A stretch of 64,000 nucleotides of DNA from a virus: IMG/VR virus record IMGVR_UViG_3300036760_000069, positions 1-64,000 of that record. One strand, written 5' to 3'. The position numbers were made by a program, and so were the translations under genes. The notes under the pieces are model-generated. The model made no database searches, had not been told where the DNA came from, and worked only from the letters and a program-made list of their open reading frames with translations. Below, piece after piece: positions 47,501-54,240 of this stretch (positions are counted from its first letter, which is position 1; the number at the start of each line of letters is the position of its first letter).

Positions 47501-49394
47501 TGGCCCGCGCATTGACCTGATCGCCCACCCTGGGTGGACGGGCTTCGGGGCCAGCGGCAGGGGGTGGGGCTTCGATGCCGGGGACGGTTCCCGTAATCTG
47601 CTTCACTGAACCAGAATCTGTCTCAGCGCGCCGCCCACTTTCTGCGGGGTTAGGCGGTTCTTGTCCTTCAGGTTGTCCTGGCGGTTGGACCGTCCGCCCG
47701 CCCTTCTGGGCCGCTTTGAGGGCGGTATTGTACGCCTCGGTCAGGTCCATGAAGGCCTTTGTCTTGGCGGCCTGCGCCTTTGGGTCTGGGTCTACAAGGT
47801 CCGGGCGCATGGACTTAACCGCGTTTCGGTACGCGGCCTTCACATCGGCATCCGTCGCCGTGTCAGGGTCCAGCCCAAAGAACTCGAACGCCTTGGCATT
47901 GTATTGCTTGGTGGGTTCGCCGGCCTGGCTCTCCCATCTGGCCCGCACCCCCTCCATGGCGGCCGTCGGGATGCCGAACATCGCCGCCATCGAGACCACA
48001 TCCTTCCAGTCGTCCCCAAAGGCAGCTCCGTAGGCGGCCCCCGTGGCGGTCTGGGCGGCAACATGGACGGCCTTTCCGAGTGGGCGTGTGACTTGTCCCA
48101 CTACGCCTGGTACCGTAAAGAGCGCGGCGGTTTTAGCCGCTTCGGCGGGAGACTCCTCGGCACCCTTGGTGAATCCCACGATCCCAGGAGCGACGGTTGC
48201 GGCGGTCTTTCCGACCATCCCGAGAGCGGTCAGTCCTTTGGTGACGGCGGACAACGGGATGCCATATTCAGCCGCGAATCCAGCCAGACCCGAGGCAACC
48301 CGATCTGCAATGTCGAGAGCATCCTGTGTGCTGGTGGTGGCTCCACTCTGCCGATTCGTCTTAGCAGGCAGGTACTTTTCGAGACCATCGGCATAGGAGT
48401 TCAAAATCTGGCTGAACTCCGGGATGCGCGGATCCTCTGCCATCCGCCGTCGAGTGGCTTCAGGAAGACGGGTCAGGATGTCAGGGAGTGGACCTTCACC
48501 GGCTTCCTGTCGGCTCATGGTGATGGCGTCGAGTTGTGCGCTGAGTGACCGCAGGAGATTCGCCCCACCCGAATTAACGGCCTGGGCAACTGAGAATGTG
48601 AAATTCTCAAGGCTTTGTGGAGAGGCTGGCCCTTGGCGTTGCGGGGTTGGCAGTCCTGGTACTTGGACGGTCGGACGCAGAACCTCCGGTTGCTCAATCG
48701 CCTGTCCGGTAACACGGGTGGTCGGGATTGCGTTTTTGTCAATCGTGGGCGCGGGTTCTTCAACCGGGTTGCCGGTGATCGTGTCGATCATCTGCCCGCT
48801 CTGGGTGACAAAGCGGTTGGGATGCTCCGGGAGCTTGAACCGCGACGGCCAATGCCCGCTGGCGTCCGGGGTGGCGCCGGCGGTGTAGGCTCCACGGTAG
48901 TCGTAGAAGTGTTGCGGGTCGTCCGGGTTGGGGTTCAGGCCCTGCGTGGCGGCGTGCCCCCCGTACCACTCCTGGAAGGCGGGTTCGTTGAAGGCGGGCT
49001 TGGCGGCAACGGGCGCGGGCGTCGGAGCCGGGCGTGGCTGCGGCACCAGATCCCCGTAGAAGGAGCCGACCTCCTTGGCGGTCTCAATCGGCGAGGTGAT
49101 GACGTCGACCGCACTCTTGCCGAGGCTGGCGGCGCCGGTCTTGATGTCCTGCCAGAACCCTTGCGGCTGGGGCGTGGTCTCCAGCCCCTGCACCTGTTGC
49201 AGCTCGGCACGCCGTTTCTGGATATAGGCGTCGAAATCTGGTTTGGGGGCGGTCTGGAGGTGCTTGAGCCACCGCTCATCGCCGGGCAGAGACCCGACCT
49301 TCAGCTCGGCGATCGCCGCCTCGCGGGTCGAGGTGGGGACGAAGTCCCGGAGCCAGGTCGCCGTCTCGTCGTCTTCGAGGAGCGGCCGGGCCAC
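35547..49394 (-). CDS. Giant polyvalent ejection protein (DarB-like): J-domain, 3 ParB-like, N6-MTase, strawberry-notch helicase, GHKL ATPase, HExxH
   Basis: EPSAGLG/NPPF; GDGTGVGKG/DEAH/QGLGRSHR; ELVQNATD/DTGTGM/GMFG; HEISH; IDGNNR, LEGGHR, LDGRRR. Confidence 0.88.
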   Translation of the reverse strand: MARPLLEDDETATWLRDFVPTSTREAAIAELKVGSLPGDERWLKHLQTAPKPDFDAYIQKRRAELQQVQGLETTPQPQGFWQDIKTGAASLGKSAVDVITSPIETAKEVGSFYGDLVPQPRPAPTPAPVAAKPAFNEPAFQEWYGGHAATQGLNPNPDDPQHFYDYRGAYTAGATPDASGHWPSRFKLPEHPNRFVTQSGQMIDTITGNPVEEPAPTIDKNAIPTTRVTGQAIEQPEVLRPTVQVPGLPTPQRQGPASPQSLENFTFSVAQAVNSGGANLLRSLSAQLDAITMSRQEAGEGPLPDILTRLPEATRRRMAEDPRIPEFSQILNSYADGLEKYLPAKTNRQSGATTSTQDALDIADRVASGLAGFAAEYGIPLSAVTKGLTALGMVGKTAATVAPGIVGFTKGAEESPAEAAKTAALFTVPGVVGQVTRPLGKAVHVAAQTATGAAYGAAFGDDWKDVVSMAAMFGIPTAAMEGVRARWESQAGEPTKQYNAKAFEFFGLDPDTATDADVKAAYRNAVKSMRPDLVDPDPKAQAAKTKAFMDLTEAYNTALKAAQKGGRTVQPPGQPEGQEPPNPAESGRRAETDSGSVKQITGTVPGIEAPPPAAGPEARPPRVGDQVNARAKAEVAAIPPELAPVQREPFLKKRADRVSDIQPTPVPGLPAPQTEQGVAPANEPTTGLPAGWEHGAVPGESTYIWAGGNPEKPKAMVIERDDGQFEAWDIRGKDTLGTYPSMEEAAAAAEANFTVGKGQTANEALSPKKYATPNEAARGLFGRPYNGLSDEQKKQVQDALTMPAGSGSAPSKEEPKPEVKAERPAAPGFPIPKQEIKSIKTLAFKELPESAQNAIGYTELGRKTNKNEDAHLTDSQWEQARVPIESLRKGNEMLWDGAEFVPRGSMTNGPIVLDHAGEVIDGNNRLYEAIQRGDEGIQVYRPVAKKTPEEPKPEAPKAEHHAAPGLPSPERPTVADKPPPGGWKDEDKAPTGDFRQDLYRKHKRALTKAENAGDPYRIIEVAQAGLDDFETHGYPDDWARWERAIEDAKYKLAHHPDEYPQKAEAQTPGLVPETKTVPTANPADMTKDEFLAAGWTARRTGKEWNIYRPDGSKWGFMPGTPDRPIGSEKSALDAFYDSQVKASEPKTPSPTTPSLPAPKPAMTDQEKADLLTKGGRGAVLPDEPTIPAVEAPATTEQKIVGASMNIAYFVEERLKEDTAPGVLSFSMDQLVTRANEDFGGTQADGTYTVKDLNDALELGINRFIGEMLGPDGVYRPTTYSLIKAREMLNYLREQIMDKIPSQGTRRTPEMVEFQQFSTPPDLAFVMNWAAHITPKDVMLEPSAGLGGLAIFAKNFGADVDVNELSPRRAGLLNTIVFNKVTTENAEQIANILKVTPTVIVMNPPFSSTAGRITGERKSTNAISKHIDQALKLLAPNGRLVALIGEGFMGQSEGVSRAIDALAKKYQLRASVVMSGKGYKKYGTDFDNRILIFDKVAPSPSVEVVTGKAENPYEALNLLKEVRDDRPSVEGQATRPDEQRPPAQRGGQAVAEGGGGQTGPGSAVPVPTGDVGTRPRPVDHTAGGGQRHPATETGRPPRVPGRKEGAGVVPQQPREPGLPVAGGERPIQGHEPKAGGGEGTGGPRPAPAGRPADEGNVPAHIPVQSGITVVASSEPESKFPSTTKELTDAVYDEYQPPKVRIPGAKPHPGKLVESAAMADTLPPDPTYTPNLPQDLIDSGALSLAQLETPVYAGQAHELFLSDGTRKGFFLGDGTGVGKGRQISAVILDNFRNGREKAIWVSESSRLIADAKRDWVDIGGDKGQVFELGKTKLGEPIDQPKGIMFTTYATIRSNLMTDKTGKVIPITDKKTNQPKQSRVNQILAWLGKDFDGVIVFDEAHNMQKTTQSMGARGIHQQASIQALAALDLRKQVPKARIVYASATGANSVDTLGYAERLGLWGPGTAFPDQNDFSAKITEGGLGAMEVVARDMKAMGVYIARSLDFSEVTYSTLEHVLTPEQEDIYNGLARAWQVVLANINQALELTGVTEGGKAKNAGAKSTLLSNFWGTELRFFNQVLTAMQMPTVIADMEAKIKDGKAIIAQLVNTNEAGMERQIQNAEQEDGDLENLDLTPRDALMQFLEKSFPTQQYEQYQDEQGNIRSRPVLDHDGNPVQNQDAIQLKQDMLLSVGSLKVPEGPLEFIINTFGPDAVAEVTGRSRRVVRLKDNLGREKTVIQSRSPSLAAHEVDEYLADKKSILVFSDAGGTGRSFHSDRRIKNQRQRWHYGVQPGWRAEKFIQGLGRSHRTNEANAPHYVLVMTNLKGHKRFISTIGRRLDQLGAMTKGERKTGSSGLINAKDNLENKYAQGAVRALVLDAHRGEVPTVDFKEMIEGKMGLTGLVADDGSINEDKIPKVPQFLNRILALEIHDQNAVFDAFSERMEQAIDHAASLGQLDVGLETYKARSVKTIKEQQVYRDPISGATTSMVSMDTKHDVNFVQTKEVEKKEGFQGYVQSNKTEKVFASVYTGTRTDPKTGGVNKHFRLISPVAETYYYVDEDGLSKHYAAINPDAGKALWKKTIDTHPPYREEPLHLISGTLLPIWDRLPQDHVRVMRVQDDTGKRYLGRVVREGDVSAVLRRLGASVDLPTLTPAQAMDTILKKRSKIALVNGWRFERKTVAGETRIEIVGNGVERAWKELEAAGAFREIIQFKTRIFIPTGEKGASAFEKIVANHPVAEIVDSEMGQGEITSHMKAFKTKFKRAGNVVDGRRVVGEASNQSSIKASLTKYEILDGVREVPISAFQDDGKPSFYSRTEKHKVEALANTIKESGEIEPLIVVEDGSKAGPYVLEGGHRFDALKLLGAKSFPAMVVLDTQYGRADVSYIKVVKEEGGHGAAAGIDPNRIKAMGEGLYSEHPSKVIVKELVQNATDGTRGLTDKAGAMVRIEVFPDDHKITIDDTGTGMLPDVAFKELVDFGGSKKTEDAAGMFGVAKVVIFAGADNIDIKTVAYDPARGMVETHLSGSGADWLNQEKGLTATIKAADPDATPGTRVRLKYPDKMEFDTPAIRKWLENVTAFHQMPLKLSASIGGLEINPEKNWKAMGVARTRTLEFQGGEVDFSAAEGTAEMETGKVQILNNGLYQFTINVSFGKGHKLKLPHTILANIRSRRTPGQTGYPFTTNREKLRGDVKDVIRKYLIQDLVTDALDVERETFRKAFEEAPDVPGTDFQFMDTEQTVPPEILKEMADQPHVKQLALMMARAFAPLQKALIPYGDQYGSVVFQGIGIGKYLGVNIGGSSIFKGDQSNYILINPYDIYQDVNGHVLNGRIPPENLAKEFAAMVISTAVHEISHQSVRPHNEAFAAINSYNQARTIKESAAALEVMLGDMGGPNGAKTLLAQIAADVDTLKPFQGEESHDVFEKISTGHERFRGRGLGAAHPEGGEGGGAQSQIPLPGRRQRPAQAVSSRAALPDRRAKRGQPVQGDTLTRAEFEDYLDTLPLKDSFGKLDYNDLHGISGYGDKWTLKAVNPKTLELTTETPTGKYPIIIDGEGGEALDGRRRQYAAINKGVKAILAWVPNEGISKMRRFNERGGVPLGKEVNEGPKPGWFRSANPTIDARVRKAKKGLQPISWKEWAKEHLKQVWRLTSREFEHLPDTAEFSRLRNDLLKLSKQKGIQADRIERELARIVKPLSPMQYDDLEWKALLTDLSHEAAKGNKLPFEYTPDSVTHDLERIDDRVQKDPAIRAAWAARKELWKGLTTDYKKAMDAIGFDVSKKLTKEDYFRHQVLDYAREQRLIAGSGKRLRTPTGRGFLKKREGSTFDINANYIQAEFEVMAQMAYDTQLAKVIKGVDEAHNIRQRLKGEARAANQQTLQKRIDAELAAPGGVSLIDVQMKHFRQRLGMHQHRLRDALDLQPADKLTMEQIQAIANDPESPGQMHALGIFKAIGERKAFIKGVLGKAYKTWQDLVPDGYTLWQPREGNIFYMADTIPAQLAKALHEHALEEVGLTKEMLRTMMAQGGPREQYVVKDEVAVTLDELAQPAPNWFVDLNRAALSHWKQVMLIAPRRVIGYNLRNLSGDSDALFVGNPGAFKKVQQAIKEMWPVMFKDEPLTGEAKEWAERGGYGSTLQVQEMGDLNELKAFRATIDREGKGGALALPVEAFNKYWKAARLGTDYREAMLRYAAYLDYLEQMQGNTEGRPANWGASRRETVMALPDIRDRAFKLSNELLGAYDRVSVAGQTLRRFWYPFWSWQEVNMGRYAHLLRNAFEDADYGAGARGAGVAGKKVAAFLIRAAALWTMLQVWNNFVFDDEERELQDTDPTIANRIHVILGGKREDGSIPVFTGLGALGDALSWFGLDQAPGLVGDYLHGRLTLGEIWQKTWHAPINKVWQGITPLVKDTVDLVGRINTYPDVFNPRPMQSRGDYLAQQATVGQEARALAGKPTKPYLGSDNLTGFLGIRKINPDQAAYQSWQDIEAKYKQRLGKDDGGLYWRTPKGEALQNIALSIKYGDTAAEAKYRAEYKELGGTSKTMHQSLRDKTPLWGLTKNDRDAVVKQLEPAERRILQRAENYYATTMLQVLPEGDRRAFIAKLKAHHWLTPAKPLLADLVPAGEGVFP
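44396..44827 (-). CDS. Nested out-of-frame gene (143 aa) inside the giant ORF
   Basis: AAGGAGGT 5 nt before ATG; globular-looking product while the host frame reads as a G/R/P linker. Confidence 0.6.
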   Translation of the reverse strand: MTAPALKDKRPDQTNNDHPLNVEAKRWLKVAGAKPDPDLPYLFQLAMWGLDHGRLTTPPGGDSDILRQKLDGLLAYPDGKRALEWFLNSPESPDSPLLEESDLSKAMSPRRAAVKVLEALDLRLRDDPRMKGTYPPIYPFSPG

Positions 49395-49397
49395 GGC

Positions 49398-50597
49398 CTA
49401 CCCTTGACGGCTACCGAGAATCGCCGGACTCACCAAGTCGGACTGGCGGCGCGCACGGGGAATACCAGACCCCCCGCCAGGAGCCGCTCGGAATCCACGC
49501 GGCTTGTGCGTGAAGTTCTGCTCAAGGACAGCGCGTTCGCCGCGGGTCGTCCCCTTGTCCAGCCAATGCGTCAAGCCAGCATGCAGATCCTTGTCGGTGA
49601 TCTGCCCGTTCTCGTCCATGGCGAGCCCCAGCACGTTCTGGCGGAAGTCCGCCAGTTGCTTTTCGTAATACTGTTGCGTGCCCTGCATCTCCAAGAGCTT
49701 CGCCTCGATCCCTGGCACCTTCTCTGGATCGGCGTTCTTGGCAATGTCGAGTTGCTGTTTGAGGTGCCGCGCCTGATAGACATGCTGGGCAAGGCTCGAC
49801 TCCAACCCCTTATAGCCCGCCATCTCCTCCTTGAGCTGGAGCATGAAGTTGTCCCGCGCCTTGGCTTGCTGGCCCATCTGCCGGTACTTGCTGATCGTGG
49901 CAGGGTCAGCTTTGTCCGGGAACTCCTCGGCCTGTTGGAGCGGTCCACCGCCAGCCAGGGTGGCCTCGGCGCCGCCCGTCGGTCCCTGCATCGCCAGCGT
50001 CTGCGGTTTCGCCGCCAGCACATCCGCTCGCGGGGGCGGCTCCATCGCCTGCGCCGCCTCCACGCCAGGGTTGTTGGGGTTCTCGTCCGCCGGAATCACT
50101 TCCTCGCCTTGATGAAGCATGGCCGGGCCGGTGCGCGGCACCAACGGCGTGCCCTGCGCGTAGGCAGGCATGTTTGACATGCCACCCATTTGCTCCGACG
50201 CCGTATTGTCAGGAGTCAGAGGGGCACCATCTCGATTCAACGTAAACTGAAACGGATCTTGGGGGGGCAACTGTGCGGGGCCCTCATCAACCTTTTCTGT
50301 CACAGGAGCGTCCGGCACGCCGCCCATGGACGTTGCATCCGGTGCGCTGGTCGCCGGTTTAGGTCGGTACGTCTTTGACGGAGCTTGCGGATCTCGTCCG
50401 CCCGCCTCGAAATCAAACTTGTCGCGGGCCAGCTTGTCCGCACTTTCACCCCGCGCTTTCAAGTCGTCAATGTGTTTCTGGTAGGCCTGGTTCCGCTTGT
50501 GCGCGAGGTAGAACTGCATGATCTGTGGAACGGCGTGCGCGATCCCGCCGGCGATGGCATCCGCACGCGGCGGCTTTTTAAGCTGATACGGGGGCAT
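49398..50597 (-). CDS. Putative ejection (internal virion) protein
   Basis: Precedes the giant protein; P/A/Q-rich plus coiled coil. Confidence 0.6.
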   Translation of the reverse strand: MPPYQLKKPPRADAIAGGIAHAVPQIMQFYLAHKRNQAYQKHIDDLKARGESADKLARDKFDFEAGGRDPQAPSKTYRPKPATSAPDATSMGGVPDAPVTEKVDEGPAQLPPQDPFQFTLNRDGAPLTPDNTASEQMGGMSNMPAYAQGTPLVPRTGPAMLHQGEEVIPADENPNNPGVEAAQAMEPPPRADVLAAKPQTLAMQGPTGGAEATLAGGGPLQQAEEFPDKADPATISKYRQMGQQAKARDNFMLQLKEEMAGYKGLESSLAQHVYQARHLKQQLDIAKNADPEKVPGIEAKLLEMQGTQQYYEKQLADFRQNVLGLAMDENGQITDKDLHAGLTHWLDKGTTRGERAVLEQNFTHKPRGFRAAPGGGSGIPRARRQSDLVSPAILGSRQG

Positions 50598-50889
50598 GGC
50601 TCACCTCCTCACGTTGCTCGACCTGAATAAACCGATACCCACATTCCGGCACCGTCGCAATTCCCACCGGCACCTGTGGAAAGATCCGACAGAGATCCGG
50701 GCGCGTCTCGTAGATGCGGCACTTCGCCATCCCGTTCTCCCAGATCAGTTCCGAACACTCACCGCTCCCGTCCGCCTTGAGGGCGGGAAACACCACCGAC
50801 ACCTGCGGGTTGCCTTGAAAGGCCGCCAGACTGCAGCAGCGCCCGCAGAAGCGTGAGCATGATCCGGTGCGCGTGAGCGGTTCAGGCAT
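50578..50889 (-). CDS. YkgJ / CxxCxxCC Fe-S or Zn cluster protein
   Basis: CSRFCGRCC...C...CRIYETRPDLCRIFP. Confidence 0.85.
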   Translation of the reverse strand: MPEPLTRTGSCSRFCGRCCSLAAFQGNPQVSVVFPALKADGSGECSELIWENGMAKCRIYETRPDLCRIFPQVPVGIATVPECGYRFIQVEQREEVSHAPVSA

Positions 50890-51307
50890 TGGCCGCCCTC
50901 GATATTTGATGTCTATTCCGGTCGCACATTCGACATCGACGCCTCACTCCTTGATGGATAGCCGTATTGGCTTTGTCGTAAACGTGACCTTTCGGACACG
51001 CTTTTTTCGCTGCATTCATAGCCGCAATCGTATCGCCTCGGAGGACGTTTACTTTTCCTGTCACAACCTCTAGATGATCTGGATTGACACAGCGGATGTT
51101 CCGACATAGATGGTCGATCTGTAGGCCGTCAGGTATCGGCCCGTGCGCCAGTTCGTAAGCGAAGCGATGCGCGTATACCTGTCGCGTGCCGTTCCAAAAT
51201 ACGCCGTACCGGTTGCCATTGGCAGCGCCTGTCCAGACATCGCAGTCCCTGATACTTTGTACGAACAAGGCAAAACGCTCTGCTGCTGGTTTATGTGGTC
51301 TGCTCAC
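50882..51307 (-). CDS. HNH homing endonuclease (paralog of 32902..33336)
   Basis: HRFAY...DHLCRNIRCVNPDHL, CPKGH. Confidence 0.9.
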   Translation of the reverse strand: MSRPHKPAAERFALFVQSIRDCDVWTGAANGNRYGVFWNGTRQVYAHRFAYELAHGPIPDGLQIDHLCRNIRCVNPDHLEVVTGKVNVLRGDTIAAMNAAKKACPKGHVYDKANTAIHQGVRRRCRMCDRNRHQISRAANA

Positions 51308-52136
51308 GCATTCCTTCTCCGACTGGGGTACAGTATTTCAGCGTCTTAAACAGAGCTGCACGGGTCGCTTCGTGCTCCTCAAAGGAGCGGGCAATGTTCG
51401 GAATCAGCGCCCCGTCGCGTTTGGGGCAGGATACTTGCTCACCACGATGGTTGGAATTTAAACAATTGTAGCATGTGACCATGCGATCAGGATTGACACT
51501 TTCGATATTATCTACATACCTGCGCCGATCGAATGGAAGATCGTAATGAGCGATATAGGCCCACACATCATCATCAGTCCAATCACTTAGCGGGAAGGCG
51601 ACCATCGTGGTCGCGTACTGCACGCAGGGCATCATCGGCCCCGACCGATCCGCCAAATGAAACGGGTCGCCTTCCTTCGATCCCATGATCGTCAAATCCC
51701 ATGGGTAGTCGGTGGCGAGGGCCTTGGGGCGGAGCAGGAAATCGTCAATGGCGCAGAAGTACCGCTCGCCGTCCGACGGCTTGTACGCCCGGATGCCGTC
51801 CACCATGATGATGTTGTCGCTCAGGCCACACCGATAGAAGTCCAGAATCTCAAAGTAGTCCCCTTGCTGGTATTCGATGGTCGCCGACGGCATCAGGTCG
51901 AACACCTCCAGATCCCACTCGCGGGCCACTTGGTAGGCATGTTCAAACTGCGCCTGAAACTTGGCGTGGCGAAAGAACAGCACCGGCACCTTCTTTTTGA
52001 TCCGCAAGGCGAGATGCAGGGCGACAATGGAGTCCTTGCCGAAACTACAACAGACCACAGGCCGCGCCGACGTCGACAGATGGGCCGCCATCCGTGCGAG
52101 GGTCCGAGATTCCATCTCTTTCATCATCGTGTCCAT
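51291..52136 (-). CDS. PAPS-reductase-family (PP-loop) protein
   Basis: SFGKDS, PLSDWTDDDVWAYI, C-terminal CYNC...CPK. Confidence 0.8.
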   Translation of the reverse strand: MDTMMKEMESRTLARMAAHLSTSARPVVCCSFGKDSIVALHLALRIKKKVPVLFFRHAKFQAQFEHAYQVAREWDLEVFDLMPSATIEYQQGDYFEILDFYRCGLSDNIIMVDGIRAYKPSDGERYFCAIDDFLLRPKALATDYPWDLTIMGSKEGDPFHLADRSGPMMPCVQYATTMVAFPLSDWTDDDVWAYIAHYDLPFDRRRYVDNIESVNPDRMVTCYNCLNSNHRGEQVSCPKRDGALIPNIARSFEEHEATRAALFKTLKYCTPVGEGMREQTT

Positions 52137-52138
52137 GG

Positions 52139-53026
52139 TTATATCGCAATAATGCCCGCGCCGATGATTGCCCCGCCCGCGCCGATCCCGGCCCCCATCA
52201 ACCCACTACTCCGACCAGACGCGGCCGAACTCAGCCCCGCATTGGTGTTATACATACCCATATTGAATTGGTCCTGCTGCCAGCGATCCTGTTGCCGCTG
52301 TTGAATCGCATTGCCCGTGATGTTGGCCGCGTTGGCGGTCAAAGCCGCCCCGCCTGTGTACTGTGCCGAGGTCACATTCGCGTTCCGTGCCAGCCGGTTC
52401 GTGAGTTCCATCTGGCGGTTGTTGACAATCGCTTCGGCGCCGGTGATCCGGCCCTCTCGGACGGCGTCCTCGGTACTGGTACGGGCCCGCCTGAACTCCG
52501 CCATGGCCCGCGATCCACCCGTCGAGTTCTCCCATCCTGGCCCGAACTGTTCGGTCAGCCGGCTGATGAGTTGCTGTTCGCCGCGATCCCAGTCATTCGT
52601 GACGGCATCACCCACCGGGAGTCGGCCTTCCAGCCCCGCGATGGAGCGCGCATTCGCCAGCCGCCCGACCTTGAGAGTGTCTTGCACATCCTGCGGGAGT
52701 TCGGCTTCAGGAATGTCCTCAAAGGTGATGGCGCCGGTTGTGGGGTCCACCACTTTACGAATCCCTTGGTTCGCATAGTAACGTCCAGCGAACGCTTCCT
52801 GTTCTTTGCCCTGCGTAGCGGCTAGCTCATTCGACCGGCGCGCCTCGATCAGTTGCTCATGCTGAAGATCCAGCTCGTCCTGCGTCTTGGGGGTTGGTTG
52901 CGGTGTCGGTGGCGGATCATCCCCTCCCCCGGCGCCGCACAGGATCGGCCACCAGCGGCCCGTGGACACCTCGACAAACCCGTCCAATCCGCGCCGGGTG
53001 GTCTGAATGAACGTAATGAGCGGCAT
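52139..53026 (-). CDS. Pilot/ejection protein with N-terminal leader
   Basis: GGGDDPPP start after leader, Q/N/A-rich, hydrophobic Gly-rich C-terminus. Confidence 0.65.
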   Translation of the reverse strand: MPLITFIQTTRRGLDGFVEVSTGRWWPILCGAGGGDDPPPTPQPTPKTQDELDLQHEQLIEARRSNELAATQGKEQEAFAGRYYANQGIRKVVDPTTGAITFEDIPEAELPQDVQDTLKVGRLANARSIAGLEGRLPVGDAVTNDWDRGEQQLISRLTEQFGPGWENSTGGSRAMAEFRRARTSTEDAVREGRITGAEAIVNNRQMELTNRLARNANVTSAQYTGGAALTANAANITGNAIQQRQQDRWQQDQFNMGMYNTNAGLSSAASGRSSGLMGAGIGAGGAIIGAGIIAI

Positions 53027-53460
53027 CAGCGTCCCCCCCCACGAATCCGATCCACCATCTCCGCCAACGTCGGACAGACGGCCGGCGGGGCCTTGGTGAT
53101 CGCCTTCATAAAAAACTGCTCCGTCTTGTTCTCACCGTACTGATGCGCTCCCAGTGCCGGATAGATGCGGAGCATCCGGTGGTTCGTCTTGTCGGTACTC
53201 GCCATCCAGCCGATCTTGCCTGACTTCCAGATTTCCCATTCCATCCTCCACCAGTCCTCGACCAGTGCCCGCATCTGGCTCATCCGGTTCCGGAGCGGCG
53301 GCATCTCCCGGATAACGTACCAACTCCGCAGGCCATCCAGCCGTTCATGCACCGAAAACACCCTCCGGCGGTCACGGTGGATGACGCTTTTAGAGCTTCT
53401 CGATAAAGCCGGTACGGGTAGCATGAGCGCGCCATCCCATCGGAACCGTCTCGCCGCCAA
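53026..53460 (-). CDS. GNAT-like protein (T7 gp13-like position)
   Basis: NHRMLRIYPALG motif; lies between nozzle and ejection genes. Confidence 0.4.
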   Translation of the reverse strand: MAARRFRWDGALMLPVPALSRSSKSVIHRDRRRVFSVHERLDGLRSWYVIREMPPLRNRMSQMRALVEDWWRMEWEIWKSGKIGWMASTDKTNHRMLRIYPALGAHQYGENKTEQFFMKAITKAPPAVCPTLAEMVDRIRGGGR

Positions 53461-54193
53461 ACTCCACGATGACCCCCTTGGGCATCAGGGCCCGACGGGC
53501 CGCATCCTGGTCGAGTATATACCCGGCAGCCGTGATTAACTCACCAGCAGCGGGTATTTTCTGGTGTGCGTCCATGATGTCCTCCGGTCGCACCTTTCCC
53601 ACCAGATCGACTTGGCTCCAGCGGTACAGGTAGGTCGCCCAGCGTGACGGATGAAGATGCTGGGCCATGTTGTTGTTCCAGGCCGTCTGCAAGATGCCAT
53701 CCACGCCGGCCCACTGGCAGGCCAGCACATCCAGCGCATCCTCCGTACGGATCTCACAGTCCGCGCAGTGCAGGGCGTTCATCGCCACGGTCTGCTTGAT
53801 GAGCGGCAAGCGGTACAGAAAGGGGGTCGTCCGTAGATGCGGGAGCGGCAGGAGCGTGAAGGCCGTCGCCTCACCGAGCCCATCCTTGGAGGGCAACGTC
53901 ACCCGGTTCCCCTCACCATCAAGCATCATGCGCCACGCCTTCAGTGGGCGGTTGCATTTCCAGCAACCAACATGGGCGAGGATATGCCCGTCGTAGCGGT
54001 GGTGATCGGCCGGATACCAGGGCTTGCCGTCGGCATCATCCTGCGCCTGCGCCTGCTTCGAGATCGTCCGCGGCAGAGCGCGCCAGCGTTCCCGCTTGCG
54101 GGTTTCGGTGACCATCGGCAGACCCGTCAAAGAGTCCACCTCCGACCCGCTCAGGCCGCCGCCACTAGGCACCTTTCTCAACTCCTCGCTCAT
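53390..54193 (-). CDS. Hypothetical protein with CxxC pairs and a collar-like C-terminus
   Basis: CWKC, CADC; PKGVIVEFGGETVPMGW. Confidence 0.55.
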   Translation of the reverse strand: MSEELRKVPSGGGLSGSEVDSLTGLPMVTETRKRERWRALPRTISKQAQAQDDADGKPWYPADHHRYDGHILAHVGCWKCNRPLKAWRMMLDGEGNRVTLPSKDGLGEATAFTLLPLPHLRTTPFLYRLPLIKQTVAMNALHCADCEIRTEDALDVLACQWAGVDGILQTAWNNNMAQHLHPSRWATYLYRWSQVDLVGKVRPEDIMDAHQKIPAAGELITAAGYILDQDAARRALMPKGVIVEFGGETVPMGWRAHATRTGFIEKL

Positions 54194-54205
54194 GCCGCTC
54201 TCCCG

Positions 54206-54240
54206 TTGACGGTCAGAAATTTGCATAGTATAATAAAATT
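54206..54240 (+). promoter_or_regulatory. Consensus sigma70 promoter for the antisense HNH gene (leaderless)
   Basis: TTGACG-N17-TATAAT, ATG 6 nt later. Confidence 0.8.

Noticed and set aside
37404-50177. Long plus-strand ORFs (37404..38999, 40995..42350, 48615..50177; likewise 13865..15115 and 55884..57191)
   Set aside because: Antisense shadows of high-GC minus-strand genes; no recognisable motifs or RBS
51291-52136. Dnd phosphorothioation or sulfur-assimilation pathway
   Set aside because: No DndA/D/E, Ssp or cys partner genes in the window
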